The notes under the pieces are model-generated. The model had not been told where the DNA came from. It saw only the letters and a list, made by a program, of their open reading frames with translations, and did no database searches. Of a DNA stretch of 64,000 bases, positions 43,407 to 55,019 are shown piece by piece. Source of the stretch: Salisapilia sapeloensis CBS 127946 (lineage: Eukaryota; Protista; Oomycota); the NCBI GenBank assembly GCA_023334545.1, contig JAADVB010000066.1, positions 1-64,000 of the forward strand. Reading direction: 5' to 3'. A program made the position numbers and the translations under genes. Each line of letters opens with the position of its first letter. The first letter of the stretch is position 1.

Positions 43407-46400
43407 ATGACGGAACCAGGCAGCGGCAAGAGCGACTCGAGCGAGTTCATGCCACCAACTCGCGTCTCCAGCTTCACGCTCGATGATGCAATGCCAGACT
43501 CGGAATCCTTTGAAGGCTCCACGTCCGAGGGCACTGAAGAGATATATCTTCATGGAGGACTCTACCCGGTCTCCGAGACTGGTCAAGACAATGAGCTGTT
43601 TAATGATTACTACACACCACTTCGATCACCGGCATCATCACTCCCAAACTCTCCCTCGGTGCGATTGCGATTGCATAAACAACAGAGCTCTGGAAGCAGT
43701 CCTGGAAGCAATGGAAATCGAGGTCGTCTGCACAAGACGATGCGAAAGGCTCGGAACGCAGTCTCCCACATCAAACGTCGTATGCGATTCGACAAGGCAC
43801 GTGCGTCGTTTAAATGGAACGTGAATCTAGCGATGCGCATCGCCATCGGAGTCGTCATCGCAGGCTTTGCACAAACAAAGGACACGACGAACCCAGGCAA
43901 GAGATATGTGTTCATGCCCGAAGAATACTACATCGGAGGTCTTTCATATGCAGCCAATATGCTCGTCTTCGCAGCATCTCGAAACGTCGGAGGTGCACTT
44001 GAAAACATCTTCCAGATCGTCCTCGGTGTCAACGCTGCTCTCGTCTACAACCTCCTCTTCTCTTACGTCATCGGCGATATCAAGGACAACAATTTACTCG
44101 AAGTCGCTACGAGTTGGGGAACCGGGAGGTACTTTGTTAGTTTACACGATTGGGGTATCGCCATGCCCTTCTTCTTCCTCTTCACGCTCATCGTTTACAT
44201 CCTTCCGTTACAGAACAACGTTAAGATCTACGCTGTCAGTAGTAACGTCTACTTCATGCTTACGATCGTCAGTCCGATGAATCCCATAGATCCATCGCAG
44301 AAGAGAAATGAAGACAACCCTCTGCTTAACAATTCGAACTTGATGGTCAATTTCGCATTGTACAGTCTCGTTGGTGCGATCGGTACCTTTATTGCCCTCT
44401 GTACCGTCCTCTTCCCGACTCCACTTCTCGCCATCAAGCAACTAAATGCCGAGATGGAAGAAGCGCAGTATGACATTCGAGAGACACTCAACCTCATCGT
44501 CGACTCATACTGCTTCCGAGCGAAAGATATCAAAGAGATGGACTTCTTCCACATCCGACTCGATCGACAGCTAGCTGCAGCACAAACGAGGCGGATGACG
44601 ATGAAGAGGTTGCTAGCGAATTGCTGGTGGGAAGAAGTTGTGGGCATCGGCTACTGCACCAAATTCAACAAGACGGTAGCGAAGCAGTTTGTCGGTCTGT
44701 ATGCTCGACTGCTCAAGGACTTGTACTCGATGAAGAGTGCTATTGAGAAGGAGACGTGCCATTGGACGCACATCACGCTCATGCAAAAGATGCAAAAGAA
44801 AATCTACGTCCTCCAGGTCGAAACAAACGATTTGTTAGAAGAAATTTCACGTCGAGTGCTACTCGATACGCGTGAAATGCCGACAGACCAGTTCCAGCAT
44901 CTCGAACGACGTGTTGAAAGGCTCATTGCAAAGTACGCTGAGCACTACGAGACGCTCTTATCGGCACAAGTACGCTCGCCAACCGATGTAGGTACATCTA
45001 TGCCGATGAATCTCTTTCTATACTCGTTCTTGGCTCTCGTACGAACGTTGAACGACTTTGAAACCGTGTACAACCGCAAGAACTTTTCCTCTCGACATCG
45101 CATCGGTCACTTTTTCAAAGCTTGCGGTCGTGGTCTCTTTCGTACGGACACCTACTCGAAGCATCTGATGAATTTCGCTTGTCGAACGACACTCGCGACG
45201 TGGATTGGTGTCGTCTGCTCGACATTCCTCTTCTCCTTCCGTTCGAACGTGCCGACGGCTATTATCATGATCGCACAGTACAATCGCGGAGGGACGTACA
45301 GCAGTACGGTGAATCGACTTGCAGGTCTCTTCGCTGGAAATGTCGTTCCTTCCATCTGCAACTTTTTCCTGTGTAAGCTCGACAACATATATACGTTCAT
45401 GGTGTTGAATAACGTGACGATCTTCATCTGGACCGTCCTGTGCATGTACGTCTTTTACAGCGAAGGGTACATGCAGACGGGGGGGATGGTGGCAGCTTTC
45501 ATGGCCATCACAGTCTTGCTAGATTCTAGTTGTAGCTCTAATTGGGACGAAGACAGGGCAAATTCCAAATTTGACCCTAATGGGGACGGAACCATGGCAA
45601 ATTCCAATTCTGGCTCTGGTTTGGACGAAGCAGCGACGTGTTCTTCGCCGTACTCGTCTCTCACGGAGAATTCACTTGGCGTCTTGATCCTATTGGCAGT
45701 AGAGCTCTTGTGGAGTCCACAGAGTGCTACTTCAATCTTACGTGAGAACATCCAACGTGTCTTCCGCAGTGGACGTGAAATCTTCTCCGTGACCTTCCAA
45801 CATCATCTCGCGTCCTTTGCCATCCATCATAGTGACAAAGAGAGTGGAGAGAACGAAGATCAGCTGGGTCTCCTGTACGACAAGCATCGCCGTGAAGAGC
45901 TACGAATGCAGATCTATAACGAGCTTTCGGTACTCGTGGAACAACAAGAGAAGTTACTTCGAGACGCATCGATGGAACCGACGCTATGGCGAGCTCCGTT
46001 CTCTGAAACCAAGTATGCTCAAGTGTTGCAGGCTAGTCAGTCGATGCTCATCCACTTGCGTCTGCTCTTGGATCTAGCGGATTGGCATGAAAAACGAAAG
46101 AAGTCGCGACAGAAAGCAGCCTTCGGGTCCCAAAGGAGCACTTTAAATGTCCATCAGCATAATCATGAACACACGGATGAGTCGGAAACACCTTTGGCGA
46201 TGCTCAAGGAAGCATGGATTACTAGTCACAATGTCTTCAAAGTCAGCGTCGAGGAGAGTTTAGAGACACTAGAAGAGTTATTCGGAGATGAATTCGCCTA
46301 TGCTAATGGACAAGACAGTGCTATCTTCATGCAAGTGCGAGAAGCCTTCCGTGTGGCGGATGTCCATCGTCGAGGTGTTGTCGATGCAAGTGAACTGGCG

Positions 46401-47108
46401 CTGCTGCTTGAAAAGCTATTGCCGTATGGAGCGCACGGTAATGCTGGACAATTGGAGCAGTATGTAGATGAGTTCATGGCAGCAGTGGATGGAGATAAAG
46501 ACGGCAAGGTGTCTCTGAACGACATTATGCGAGCACTCAACCGCGGATTCCGACTGGAGCTCGAGATCTACGACACTGTCCAGCCACTCAGTACCTCTGC
46601 AGTACCGATCTCAGCACCCAGTAGTATCTCTAGGAATATGGAAAGAATGAGCAGTAACATTAGTGCTACTGGCGATGGTGGCGCTGGACCTGCCTCCTTC
46701 ACTGCGGCGAGACTAGCCGAGTTGACAGAGAACGACGAGGTCCCGAAGAATCGTCCGAGACGCACGTCGTCAGTGCTCTCGTCACCTCTGCTTGGAGCCA
46801 ACTGGTTTGGAAAGGGAAACAAGGTGAACCGCTCCAAGATGCCACCTCGAGGTGGTGCGAGAGGAGAGCGAAGGCCTGGCGTGGAGGCGAACGATGCGCT
46901 TTTGAATGTCGAGTCGTTCAATATCAAGAGCGCTGCGGCGAAATTAAAGAGTGACTACAGCTCCTTCTTACTACGACAGAGCTGTGCTAATTGTTCGGAT
47001 CGGAATGCCGTCGACATGGAAGAGTTTATCGTCATGAGTTGCGTCATTTGCGTCGCGGATGAGCTTGCGAGTGTCTTGACGACGTTGAATGGTCTTGCAG
47101 CAACCTAA
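43407..47108 (+). CDS. ALMT/FUSC (aromatic acid exporter)-superfamily membrane protein with an EF-hand pair
   Basis: Two TM blocks ('AMRIAIGVVIAG', 'GTYSSTVNRLAGLFAGNV') each followed by a helical domain; EF loops DVHRRGVVDASE and DGDKDGKVSLND. First ATG at 43407; intronless. Confidence 0.75.
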   Translation: MTEPGSGKSDSSEFMPPTRVSSFTLDDAMPDSESFEGSTSEGTEEIYLHGGLYPVSETGQDNELFNDYYTPLRSPASSLPNSPSVRLRLHKQQSSGSSPGSNGNRGRLHKTMRKARNAVSHIKRRMRFDKARASFKWNVNLAMRIAIGVVIAGFAQTKDTTNPGKRYVFMPEEYYIGGLSYAANMLVFAASRNVGGALENIFQIVLGVNAALVYNLLFSYVIGDIKDNNLLEVATSWGTGRYFVSLHDWGIAMPFFFLFTLIVYILPLQNNVKIYAVSSNVYFMLTIVSPMNPIDPSQKRNEDNPLLNNSNLMVNFALYSLVGAIGTFIALCTVLFPTPLLAIKQLNAEMEEAQYDIRETLNLIVDSYCFRAKDIKEMDFFHIRLDRQLAAAQTRRMTMKRLLANCWWEEVVGIGYCTKFNKTVAKQFVGLYARLLKDLYSMKSAIEKETCHWTHITLMQKMQKKIYVLQVETNDLLEEISRRVLLDTREMPTDQFQHLERRVERLIAKYAEHYETLLSAQVRSPTDVGTSMPMNLFLYSFLALVRTLNDFETVYNRKNFSSRHRIGHFFKACGRGLFRTDTYSKHLMNFACRTTLATWIGVVCSTFLFSFRSNVPTAIIMIAQYNRGGTYSSTVNRLAGLFAGNVVPSICNFFLCKLDNIYTFMVLNNVTIFIWTVLCMYVFYSEGYMQTGGMVAAFMAITVLLDSSCSSNWDEDRANSKFDPNGDGTMANSNSGSGLDEAATCSSPYSSLTENSLGVLILLAVELLWSPQSATSILRENIQRVFRSGREIFSVTFQHHLASFAIHHSDKESGENEDQLGLLYDKHRREELRMQIYNELSVLVEQQEKLLRDASMEPTLWRAPFSETKYAQVLQASQSMLIHLRLLLDLADWHEKRKKSRQKAAFGSQRSTLNVHQHNHEHTDESETPLAMLKEAWITSHNVFKVSVEESLETLEELFGDEFAYANGQDSAIFMQVREAFRVADVHRRGVVDASELALLLEKLLPYGAHGNAGQLEQYVDEFMAAVDGDKDGKVSLNDIMRALNRGFRLELEIYDTVQPLSTSAVPISAPSSISRNMERMSSNISATGDGGAGPASFTAARLAELTENDEVPKNRPRRTSSVLSSPLLGANWFGKGNKVNRSKMPPRGGARGERRPGVEANDALLNVESFNIKSAAAKLKSDYSSFLLRQSCANCSDRNAVDMEEFIVMSCVICVADELASVLTTLNGLAAT

Positions 47109-47205
47109 TGCAGAAAACGTAGTGTACAATTTGTAGAAAAGAGCAAGTGGAGGAGTGACGATCAAATGTCAGGAACTGTCGAAAGACGCTTGTACGAGAA
47201 GCAGA

Positions 47206-48788
47206 TTAATCATGAATAAACATTCTTTCGTGTGAAGTTGGGAGGACGATGGGAGCATCCATTTGCTGGATGTAGCTTGCAATTGCTTCTCGAATCATCT
47301 TGTCTTGAGAGATCTCTTGTCCTCTGGAAAAGAACTTTTTCCAGACGGACCAAGACTGACGATAGGGAAGCGCTACCGTCACGAGTTGATTGTCATCTAA
47401 TTCTTCGGTGGACTTGTCAAGTCGACAAGACGTGAGCTGCTTTTTGGATGTATTATAATGAATAACAAGCCCAGAGAGATGTGGGAATGCAGAGTGCATT
47501 GCTGGAACATTTCGAAGAGCAAAGGTTAGCGCTGCTTTTAAAAGAGATGCGGGAAGAGAGAGTTTAATAACAGAATGTTCTAACGGGAAGATATTCTGAA
47601 GCCAACGCATGGTCACTTGGATCGGACCTTCAAATAGTTCATCGCACTTGATGTGAGCAGCATTCACCAAGCCAATGTCGCTGTCCATTTGCCATCTCAA
47701 GGCATCAGCAGCTAGTTTACCAAGGTTCGTCTCCCTCGTTCGACACGAAAGTCTCGTGCCATCTAGTGTCGAGTTTATGGTTGCCAAGTGTTCCAGCTTT
47801 CCTGCTGCTTTATCTTCTTCATAAATACGATTCGAGTACTTCTGGAGGATGGAAGCGACCTTATCATCTGGATCAAAGCCACGATTCGATATCATTTGCC
47901 ACTGATAATCAACATGTACAACTCCACTCAAAATGTTTCGAGTGATATCGAGATCGAAAATTCCTAACCAAAGAGCGTCTTGACCAGACTTGTGGATGAC
48001 AGTCATGCCTTCTGTCATGGTCATCGGCGTGTGGTCATGTCCACCCAAGATCAGATGAATACCAGGCACTTTACGAGCCACTTTCCGATCATCTTTTAGG
48101 TCTAGATGGGTAAGCGCAATAATAACATCAACGCTTTGGACCTCGTATAGGTGCTCGACACACCGTTTGGCATGCACAACTTCCTTCTCAAAGACGACAC
48201 TGTCACCAGCGTATGGATCATCTCCTGTCTCTCTCGTCACGAGTCCGAATAAACCCACACGAATATCTTCTGAGGTTGTATAAACACTAGTATCTGTCAC
48301 AGGTGAAAAGAGTTCTTTGTCACGATCACCTCCGGCGTACCGGACGTTGGAACCGAAGCAAGTAAAGTTCATAGCAGAAGGAGATAGCAACTTTTCCGCA
48401 GTCCCTGCCCCATAGTCGAATTCATGGTTACCTAACACGACGTAATCGATTTCCCACGCATTCAAGACATCGATCATGACCTCGCCTTTGTCACGTCGAT
48501 CCAATGCGGACTGCCATAAGAAGTCTCCATTAAGCGTCGTAAAAGTATTCGCTGTAGGATGAGCTGACGCTCGAGTTTGTCGTAATAAAGCCCCCATCTC
48601 TGCCATACCTATACATAAAGCCCGAATGAGCAAAAGCTGTGGCTTTATCATGTAAATCACAGCATTGACCAAGTACCTCCTTGACCTGAAGCTTTTGGAT
48701 ATAACCTGTACACGTCATTCAGTGTCAAAATCTTTAGTTTAGAGTGCACTACACTCGTGTCATGGCTCTTATCATCCACACTAGCCAT
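47206..48788 (-). CDS. 5'-nucleotidase/apyrase (calcineurin-like metallophosphoesterase), one intron ~48611-48677
   Basis: Spliced start MASVDDK…LKILTLNDVY…GG|MAEM; motifs NGDFL, GNHEFD, ALTH, GGHDH; C-terminal 'RETNLGKLAADA'; no signal peptide. Confidence 0.9.
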
Positions 48789-49095
48789 ACGTAGTCCTCT
48801 ACAAGTAATCTCGTGCGCCTAGTACTGGGAGTCTGAAGAGGTACTAGCGATCGAATACTTCAGCTAAAAATATCTTCCTTCAAAAAAAGTATCTTCTATA
48901 AAAGAATATCTTTTGAAATATAACACATAGCTTGTACATAATTCTTCTTTCTATGCAAAGCATAAATGAATCGGATATCAATTCTAGCCAACTTACAACC
49001 AAGCGAAACGACCCGATTGAGAACGTGTCGGACTGGCAGGTAGAGAGGTACGATTCACTTCCACAGTGCTTGAGCATTCAACTAGCAAGATTGCA

Positions 49096-51266
49096 ATGGG
49101 CTGGCAACGACCTTTGGCAGCCATCTTGGCGCTCATGGCCGGCATGCACGACGCAGATGGCTTCGCCATGCCTGGCGTGCAAATGACATCGTACAAGCGT
49201 GGAGACAACATCCCCCTCTTCGTGAACAGTCTTACATCTTCTGAAACTCTACTTCCAATGGACTACTACAAGCTACCTTTCTGTCAGGTCCGTATGCTAT
49301 GCGTCTGTTGATATACTATTCCGTGTAGATTATAACAGCTATGACCACTTTTAGCCAGAGACGATCGAGTACAAGTCGGAGAACTTGGGCGAGTACTTGA
49401 CAGCCAACCGAATCCAGAACTCTCCTTATGATGTACACATTTAATTCGTACGATAATATACATGCATGTATTGACATGATGTCGATAGATCCAATTTCTC
49501 GAGAATAAACAATGTGCTGTCTTGTGCCACAAGAACTACAAATCCAAGAGCATCAGGGCACTCGAACGAAAAGTCAAGAACGGCTACCACATCAACTGGT
49601 ACGAACAAGTATACGACAACTTTGTCAATCAATATTTATCCGATAAATAGGATTCTAGATAATCTTCCCGTCACGTCTGTTTCTCCAGACGATACACTAG
49701 CCGTTGGATTCCCTCTCGGTTCATTCAACTCTGAAGTCGAGGTCGTCCCACAGCTTAATAATCACGTCCGTATTCGTATCGGATACAACAGTGAGAACGT
49801 TGCCAAGTCGAAAGAAGGCACATCCCAGTCATCTGCATCTGAAGGCGAAGGTCGTATTGTCGACTTTACCGTCGTTCCGTATAGTTTCGAATACCAGGAT
49901 AAGAATTACATTGAAGCTGAGAACCGAATGGCTTCCTGTGAGCCATCGCAAGATCTACGTCGACCAATGTACTTGCGATCGAAGAAAGGCGAGACTACGA
50001 GCGTCTACTGGACGTACAGTGTGGAGTGGATTGAAGACAACGACCGGACATGGCGTACTCGTTGGGACATCTACTTTGAAGCTGGCTCTGGCAGTGACGA
50101 AGTCCACTGGTTTTCTATTGTTAATGCGTTGCTTATCGTCCTCTTCCTCTCTGGTATGGTCGGTATGATCCTCGTCCGCAGTCTCCATCGCGATATCAAT
50201 CGGTACAATCGTGTTCCAACAGATGAAGAGCGTGCGGAAGAGCGTGAGGAGAGTGGATGGAAACTTGTGCATGCAGACGTCTTCCGAGCACCTAATACCT
50301 ATCCCATGCTACTATGCGTTCTTGTCGGCACAGGCAATCAGCTCTTGGGCATGGCACTTGTCACACTTATCTTTGCCGCTGCAGGCACTTTGGCACCTGC
50401 GAATCGTGGCAAGCTGACGATTGCTTTGCTAGTGGTGTTTGTGCTGCTCGGTACAGTCGCTGGGTACTCTTCTGCGAGGATGTACAAGATGTTCCGTGGC
50501 AAGCGATGGCAAAAGTGCACAGTCTTGACTGCAGTCTTGTTCCCTGGTATCGTCTTCAGCCTCTTCTTCCTTCTCAATCTATTTGCATGGGGAGCTGGAT
50601 CCGATGCAGCCGTACCTTTCGGATCGATCTTGCTCGTCTTCTTCCTCTGGACCTGTGTCTCCGTTCCACTTGTCTTTGCCGGCGCGTTCGTCGGCTTTAA
50701 AGCTGCAGCTCCATCTTTCCCTGTCGCTACGAGTAACATCCCACGTCCAGTCCCTCCACAGCCTCAATACATGTCCACATGGGTGATGGCGGCTGTGGGT
50801 GGTGTCCTTCCGTTTGGCGCCATCTTCGTCGAACTATTCTTTGTCCTGTCGTCGCTATGGACAGACAAGTATTACTACGTGTTTGGCTTCCTCTTGCTAG
50901 CATTCCTCATTCTAATCGGCACGTGTGCCGAGATCACGATCGTACTGACCTACTTCCAGCTATGTGCCGAAGACTATCATTGGTATGTAGTGTATTTATA
51001 CGAGCGTGAAGATGTAGGCTGACTTGTGTTTGAATAGGTGGTGGCGATCGTTTATTGTTGGAGGTGCTTGTGGTGCGTATGTGTTTCTATATGCTGCGTA
51101 CTACTTTTGGTCACGACTGGATGTGGGCAATGTGATCGGTGCTATGTTTTACTTTGGCTATATGGCCATGATCTCGGAAGCATTGGCTTTGCTCACGGGC
51201 GCAGTCGGACTTGGCGCGTCTCTCTGGTTTACTCGTAAGATCTACGCATCTATCAAGGTCGACTAA
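49096..51266 (+). CDS. Transmembrane 9 superfamily (EMP70/TM9SF) protein, multi-exon
   Basis: Signal peptide; 'LLPMDYYKLPFC', 'ENLGEYLT', 'VHWFSIVNA', 'EESGWKLVHADVFR', 'GGVLPFGAIFVEL', 'YASIKVD'. Confidence 0.96.
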
Positions 51267-51544
51267 ATAGACGATATTTGGAAGAAAGGATCTTGCATAA
51301 AAGATAAGTACAGAATAGAAAGTTGTTCTGGAATACAACCGTGCTTTGATACTTAAGTTCATGATGACTTCAACAAAGTTGATTGGTAACTTTGTCCTTG
51401 TAAAGGTGCAGTCTGAAGGTATAGACTAGATGGAATGAACTACCATCGGTTTCGTGGACAAGGATGGACGATATGAATAGTCACGAGGAGTTGAAACACC
51501 AAGAAAAGGTCAGCTTATAACTAAACGACAATTCGTGTACTTCG

Positions 51545-54500
51545 ATGGCGTTTGCCTTAAATTCTCGAGTCGATGCCTTGTATGATCGAAATGCTGATGA
51601 TGTGTGGTATCCTGGTCGTATTACAAAAGTTCATCTAGGTGACAGGACTGGTGGTGGGCAGAGCTATGACATTCATTACGACGATGGCGAAATGGAATTC
51701 AACATAGAGCCCGAGTTTATTCGGCAACATGTAAAAGGAACGATTAGTGCTGGTACTCGAGTATTAGGAAATTATTGCGGTGACGGTGAATGGTATCCAG
51801 GGCAGATTGCAGAAGTGCTGGATAATGGTTGTTTTACGATATACTATGATGACGCAGAGGTTGAAACAAACGTACCATTCGAATACGTGAAGGAAGAGAT
51901 ATATGCAAACTCTGAGCATGAAGTCTTTGCGCAAAGAGAGCAGGAGACCGTTAAGCTATCTGACCAAGAAATAATAAATATGGAATTACCAATCGAGGAT
52001 GCTGGGCAAAGCCACAATAGTATGAAAGATGCTGGTCTAGATGAACCAGTAAATAGAACTACTGGCAACAAAACTGCAGATGGACAAACTCAACAAAGCT
52101 TCACGACTCACAGTCAAAGAAAAATTGAACAAGAAGTTATAACGAGTGATAGTACAGAAGGGAAACTACTGGGAATTGTAGGACAGAGTCAAAACGAGAC
52201 ACGACAGGATGCGCTAATGAGCGATGCTAGCAATCAAATGCTAGTGGAACCCACAACGTCACAGAACGAAGTACCGGATACATTAATGAGCCATCTTATG
52301 AGTCAGCAGACAGACAAGAGTGCAATACATCATCGAGAGGAAGCTTTAGAGAAGTCAGCACCCAACAATGATAAGAAGATTCTGCTATCAGATGCTGGTA
52401 CAATCCATAGAGAATCACCAAAAGATTCAACAATTGGTAATCCGACAACACGAGAACGTGTTGAATCTACTACTACAGAGCATTGTCTACAAGAGACATT
52501 TGTGAATACGATTGCAGGCTTATCCGAGAAGGTGTCTGTGAAGCCACGAGACATAAGACAAAGTGCTCAATATGACAAAGACAACAATGACACATACAAC
52601 TTCGCTCCCGGTGATAATAAAAGATCAACAACAGTGAAGGAGGTCCAAGAACAGTCTTGTACGGCAAATATGTCTACTTCTTTAGCCACTCCGAAAGCTC
52701 AATCTAGCTCTCAACAGTTCCTGGAGAAGGCATGCTTACTTCCAAATTTCCAACGTCAGTATAGCCATCCGAACCAAAATGAAGCACCTACAATAGAATC
52801 TATGGCTCCACTAGACAAAACAAATGTAATGCTAGCCTCAGCAACGAACGTGGTGTCCAATGACACCAAAATCGGCGCTTCGGCAACATTGGAAGATTAT
52901 TCTGTAGACGAGAACAAAGCAAAAGAGCTATTAGCTTCCTTAGTAAAGTACACAAGGAGTAACTTAGCTCGCATTGCCAGTGTTTTCGTAGCACAAGATG
53001 GCATTGGTACTATTTTAGGTCTGCTTAGGCAGCACTCGCGAAATGCTGTCATTCAGTCCTACATCTTTGTACTCACACGACGGCTTGGATTCGTTTCAAC
53101 TGAAATCGTTCATTTGCTTCTATCAGGAGGTATCGTTGGTGGCATCGTTCAGGCGATGCAACTATTTACTGATGATGCGATCTTACAAGCGTCGGCTTGT
53201 GGAGCTTTAACTGCGCTAGTACAGACAAGTGATGATGCGCTACCTTTATTTTATGACTGGCATGTAACGCCTTTGGTTTTTACGACACTCGTGACGCACA
53301 AACGATACAGTGTCTATACGCGTCAAGTACAATGCTACATACCGGAGCTTTTCCTCAAGTTATGTGAGCTTGGAGACTACGAATGCCGAGCACTGCTTAC
53401 TGGAAACTCGTTGGAAACACAAGACATTGAGCGATGTCCAATCGCAGTATGTGCTTTGCTTCTTAATCAAGCTCTGTTTCATGAGGATAGAAAAGTATGC
53501 TGTGCTGTTGCTGCGCTGCTTTTGTATCTAGCCCATGCAGACAAAGCATTTGGTCTCATCTTAATTCGATTAAACGCCATTTCAGATCTATCAGCAGTGA
53601 TAACAAAGTACCCGAAGGAGCCTGTTATAGAACGCTACGCTTCTGCTGGGTACAAAGCCATAGGCTTATGCAGCCAGATGATGACTCCACAGCATCTTGA
53701 AGAAGATGAGCTCGATCACTTTTGGACATACGAGAAAGCGCCTAAGAATCGACAGGAGACATGGACATCTTCATGCACAAACGATTCATATCGAATTAAG
53801 TCTTCATCAAAGTTGCGCATGAATCATCAACCTCAGCCTACGCATTCAGCTTCCACAAAAAGAACTACTCCGAGGACCTCGCAATCATACTACGACGACA
53901 CTCATCCTATTGAAAGGCAAACTCAGAAGTTTATCTCTTCACCCTATGGAAAGTATATTACCTCAGGCGATACAAGCTCTCGTGGTCGGCCTGTTCGCAA
54001 TACAAAAGCTAAAACCATTTCATCACGACCCGTAAGTCCGTACCAAGAATTAAGTTCTACAATGGATGCAAATGATGGACAAAGACGGAGAGAGCAAGAA
54101 ATTTTACAACAAAACGTCTTGATTAAGAGTCACAGTGCTAGCGCAGAAAGCTCCAGACACCACAATCATCAAATGATGCAAGCTGCATCACACAATACCA
54201 TGGATAGGAGAACGCCCAGGGATTCAAACATGAAAAATAGCGCACCACCATCTAGAAAGCTTGAGCAGTCTCGAGACGTTACTAAGCGTAGTGCATGGTC
54301 TGCAGAAACTAGATTCAAGGAGCGAAGATCGCCACCAACTCTCTCCAAAGAAAGCTACGATACAAGAGGACTGAGAAATACATGGGAGAAAGAGTATCAA
54401 GTGAATGTAAAGCCAACGAAATACAGCTCTCCTGAGAAGACAATCAAGAAGGCTACTGCTCAAGCGAAATCGTTGACCTCATTTGCCTCTGAGTTGTTCA

Positions 54501-54628
54501 GTGAAGAGTTGACTGGAGTAGATGGAATCGATAAAGCCAGTAGTGTATCTAGAGGCGAGGAAAAGAAGCGACTAGCCTTTGCTGATAAGCTACACAAAAT
54601 GATCGAGGAGACTAAATCGATGGGATGA
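51545..54628 (+). CDS. Tandem Tudor/Agenet-like plus armadillo-repeat protein (1027 aa)
   Basis: Two 'WYPGxI…Y.I.YDD' Tudor-like repeats, a long polar linker, an ARM-like block ('IVQAMQLFTDDAILQASACGAL') and a disordered C-terminus. Confidence 0.75.
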   Translation: MAFALNSRVDALYDRNADDVWYPGRITKVHLGDRTGGGQSYDIHYDDGEMEFNIEPEFIRQHVKGTISAGTRVLGNYCGDGEWYPGQIAEVLDNGCFTIYYDDAEVETNVPFEYVKEEIYANSEHEVFAQREQETVKLSDQEIINMELPIEDAGQSHNSMKDAGLDEPVNRTTGNKTADGQTQQSFTTHSQRKIEQEVITSDSTEGKLLGIVGQSQNETRQDALMSDASNQMLVEPTTSQNEVPDTLMSHLMSQQTDKSAIHHREEALEKSAPNNDKKILLSDAGTIHRESPKDSTIGNPTTRERVESTTTEHCLQETFVNTIAGLSEKVSVKPRDIRQSAQYDKDNNDTYNFAPGDNKRSTTVKEVQEQSCTANMSTSLATPKAQSSSQQFLEKACLLPNFQRQYSHPNQNEAPTIESMAPLDKTNVMLASATNVVSNDTKIGASATLEDYSVDENKAKELLASLVKYTRSNLARIASVFVAQDGIGTILGLLRQHSRNAVIQSYIFVLTRRLGFVSTEIVHLLLSGGIVGGIVQAMQLFTDDAILQASACGALTALVQTSDDALPLFYDWHVTPLVFTTLVTHKRYSVYTRQVQCYIPELFLKLCELGDYECRALLTGNSLETQDIERCPIAVCALLLNQALFHEDRKVCCAVAALLLYLAHADKAFGLILIRLNAISDLSAVITKYPKEPVIERYASAGYKAIGLCSQMMTPQHLEEDELDHFWTYEKAPKNRQETWTSSCTNDSYRIKSSSKLRMNHQPQPTHSASTKRTTPRTSQSYYDDTHPIERQTQKFISSPYGKYITSGDTSSRGRPVRNTKAKTISSRPVSPYQELSSTMDANDGQRRREQEILQQNVLIKSHSASAESSRHHNHQMMQAASHNTMDRRTPRDSNMKNSAPPSRKLEQSRDVTKRSAWSAETRFKERRSPPTLSKESYDTRGLRNTWEKEYQVNVKPTKYSSPEKTIKKATAQAKSLTSFASELFSEELTGVDGIDKASSVSRGEEKKRLAFADKLHKMIEETKSMG

Positions 54629-54783
54629 AGTACACTAAGTGTACAGTGCTAAGGCCATAAACTCAGTTCAGACTTAATATTATTTATATGAATAAATTAA
54701 ACATAACACGAATCTAGTATTCGCATAGATCAATACATGAGTCTATTTAAGGACAGTCTGGTTACCACAACCGTCTATCCGAA

Positions 54784-54963
54784 CTAGTAACTTACCAACG
54801 TCTCAATGGAATTTGACGGCGTCAAGTGATTGGAACGGATACCAAGAGAGATCAATAATGCTACGACTAGCGCAACCACAGCTCCGACGTAAATAGAAAG
54901 ATGATAGAAATCTAATTCTGACAATGCCAACGATGACAGAGTCTTTTGTACTAGTGCATTCAT
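54784..54963 (-). CDS. Possible single-pass microprotein (~59 aa)
   Basis: MNALVQKTL…IYVGAVVALVVALLISLGIRS has a clean TM helix; a GTAAGT donor at 54795 suggests a second exon. Confidence 0.4.
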   Translation of the reverse strand: MNALVQKTLSSLALSELDFYHLSIYVGAVVALVVALLISLGIRSNHLTPSNSIETLVSY

Positions 54964-55019
54964 CTTAGACAACACAAGAACAAATTATAAACTACGTGTT
55001 GCAAAATCCTTCTACTTGC

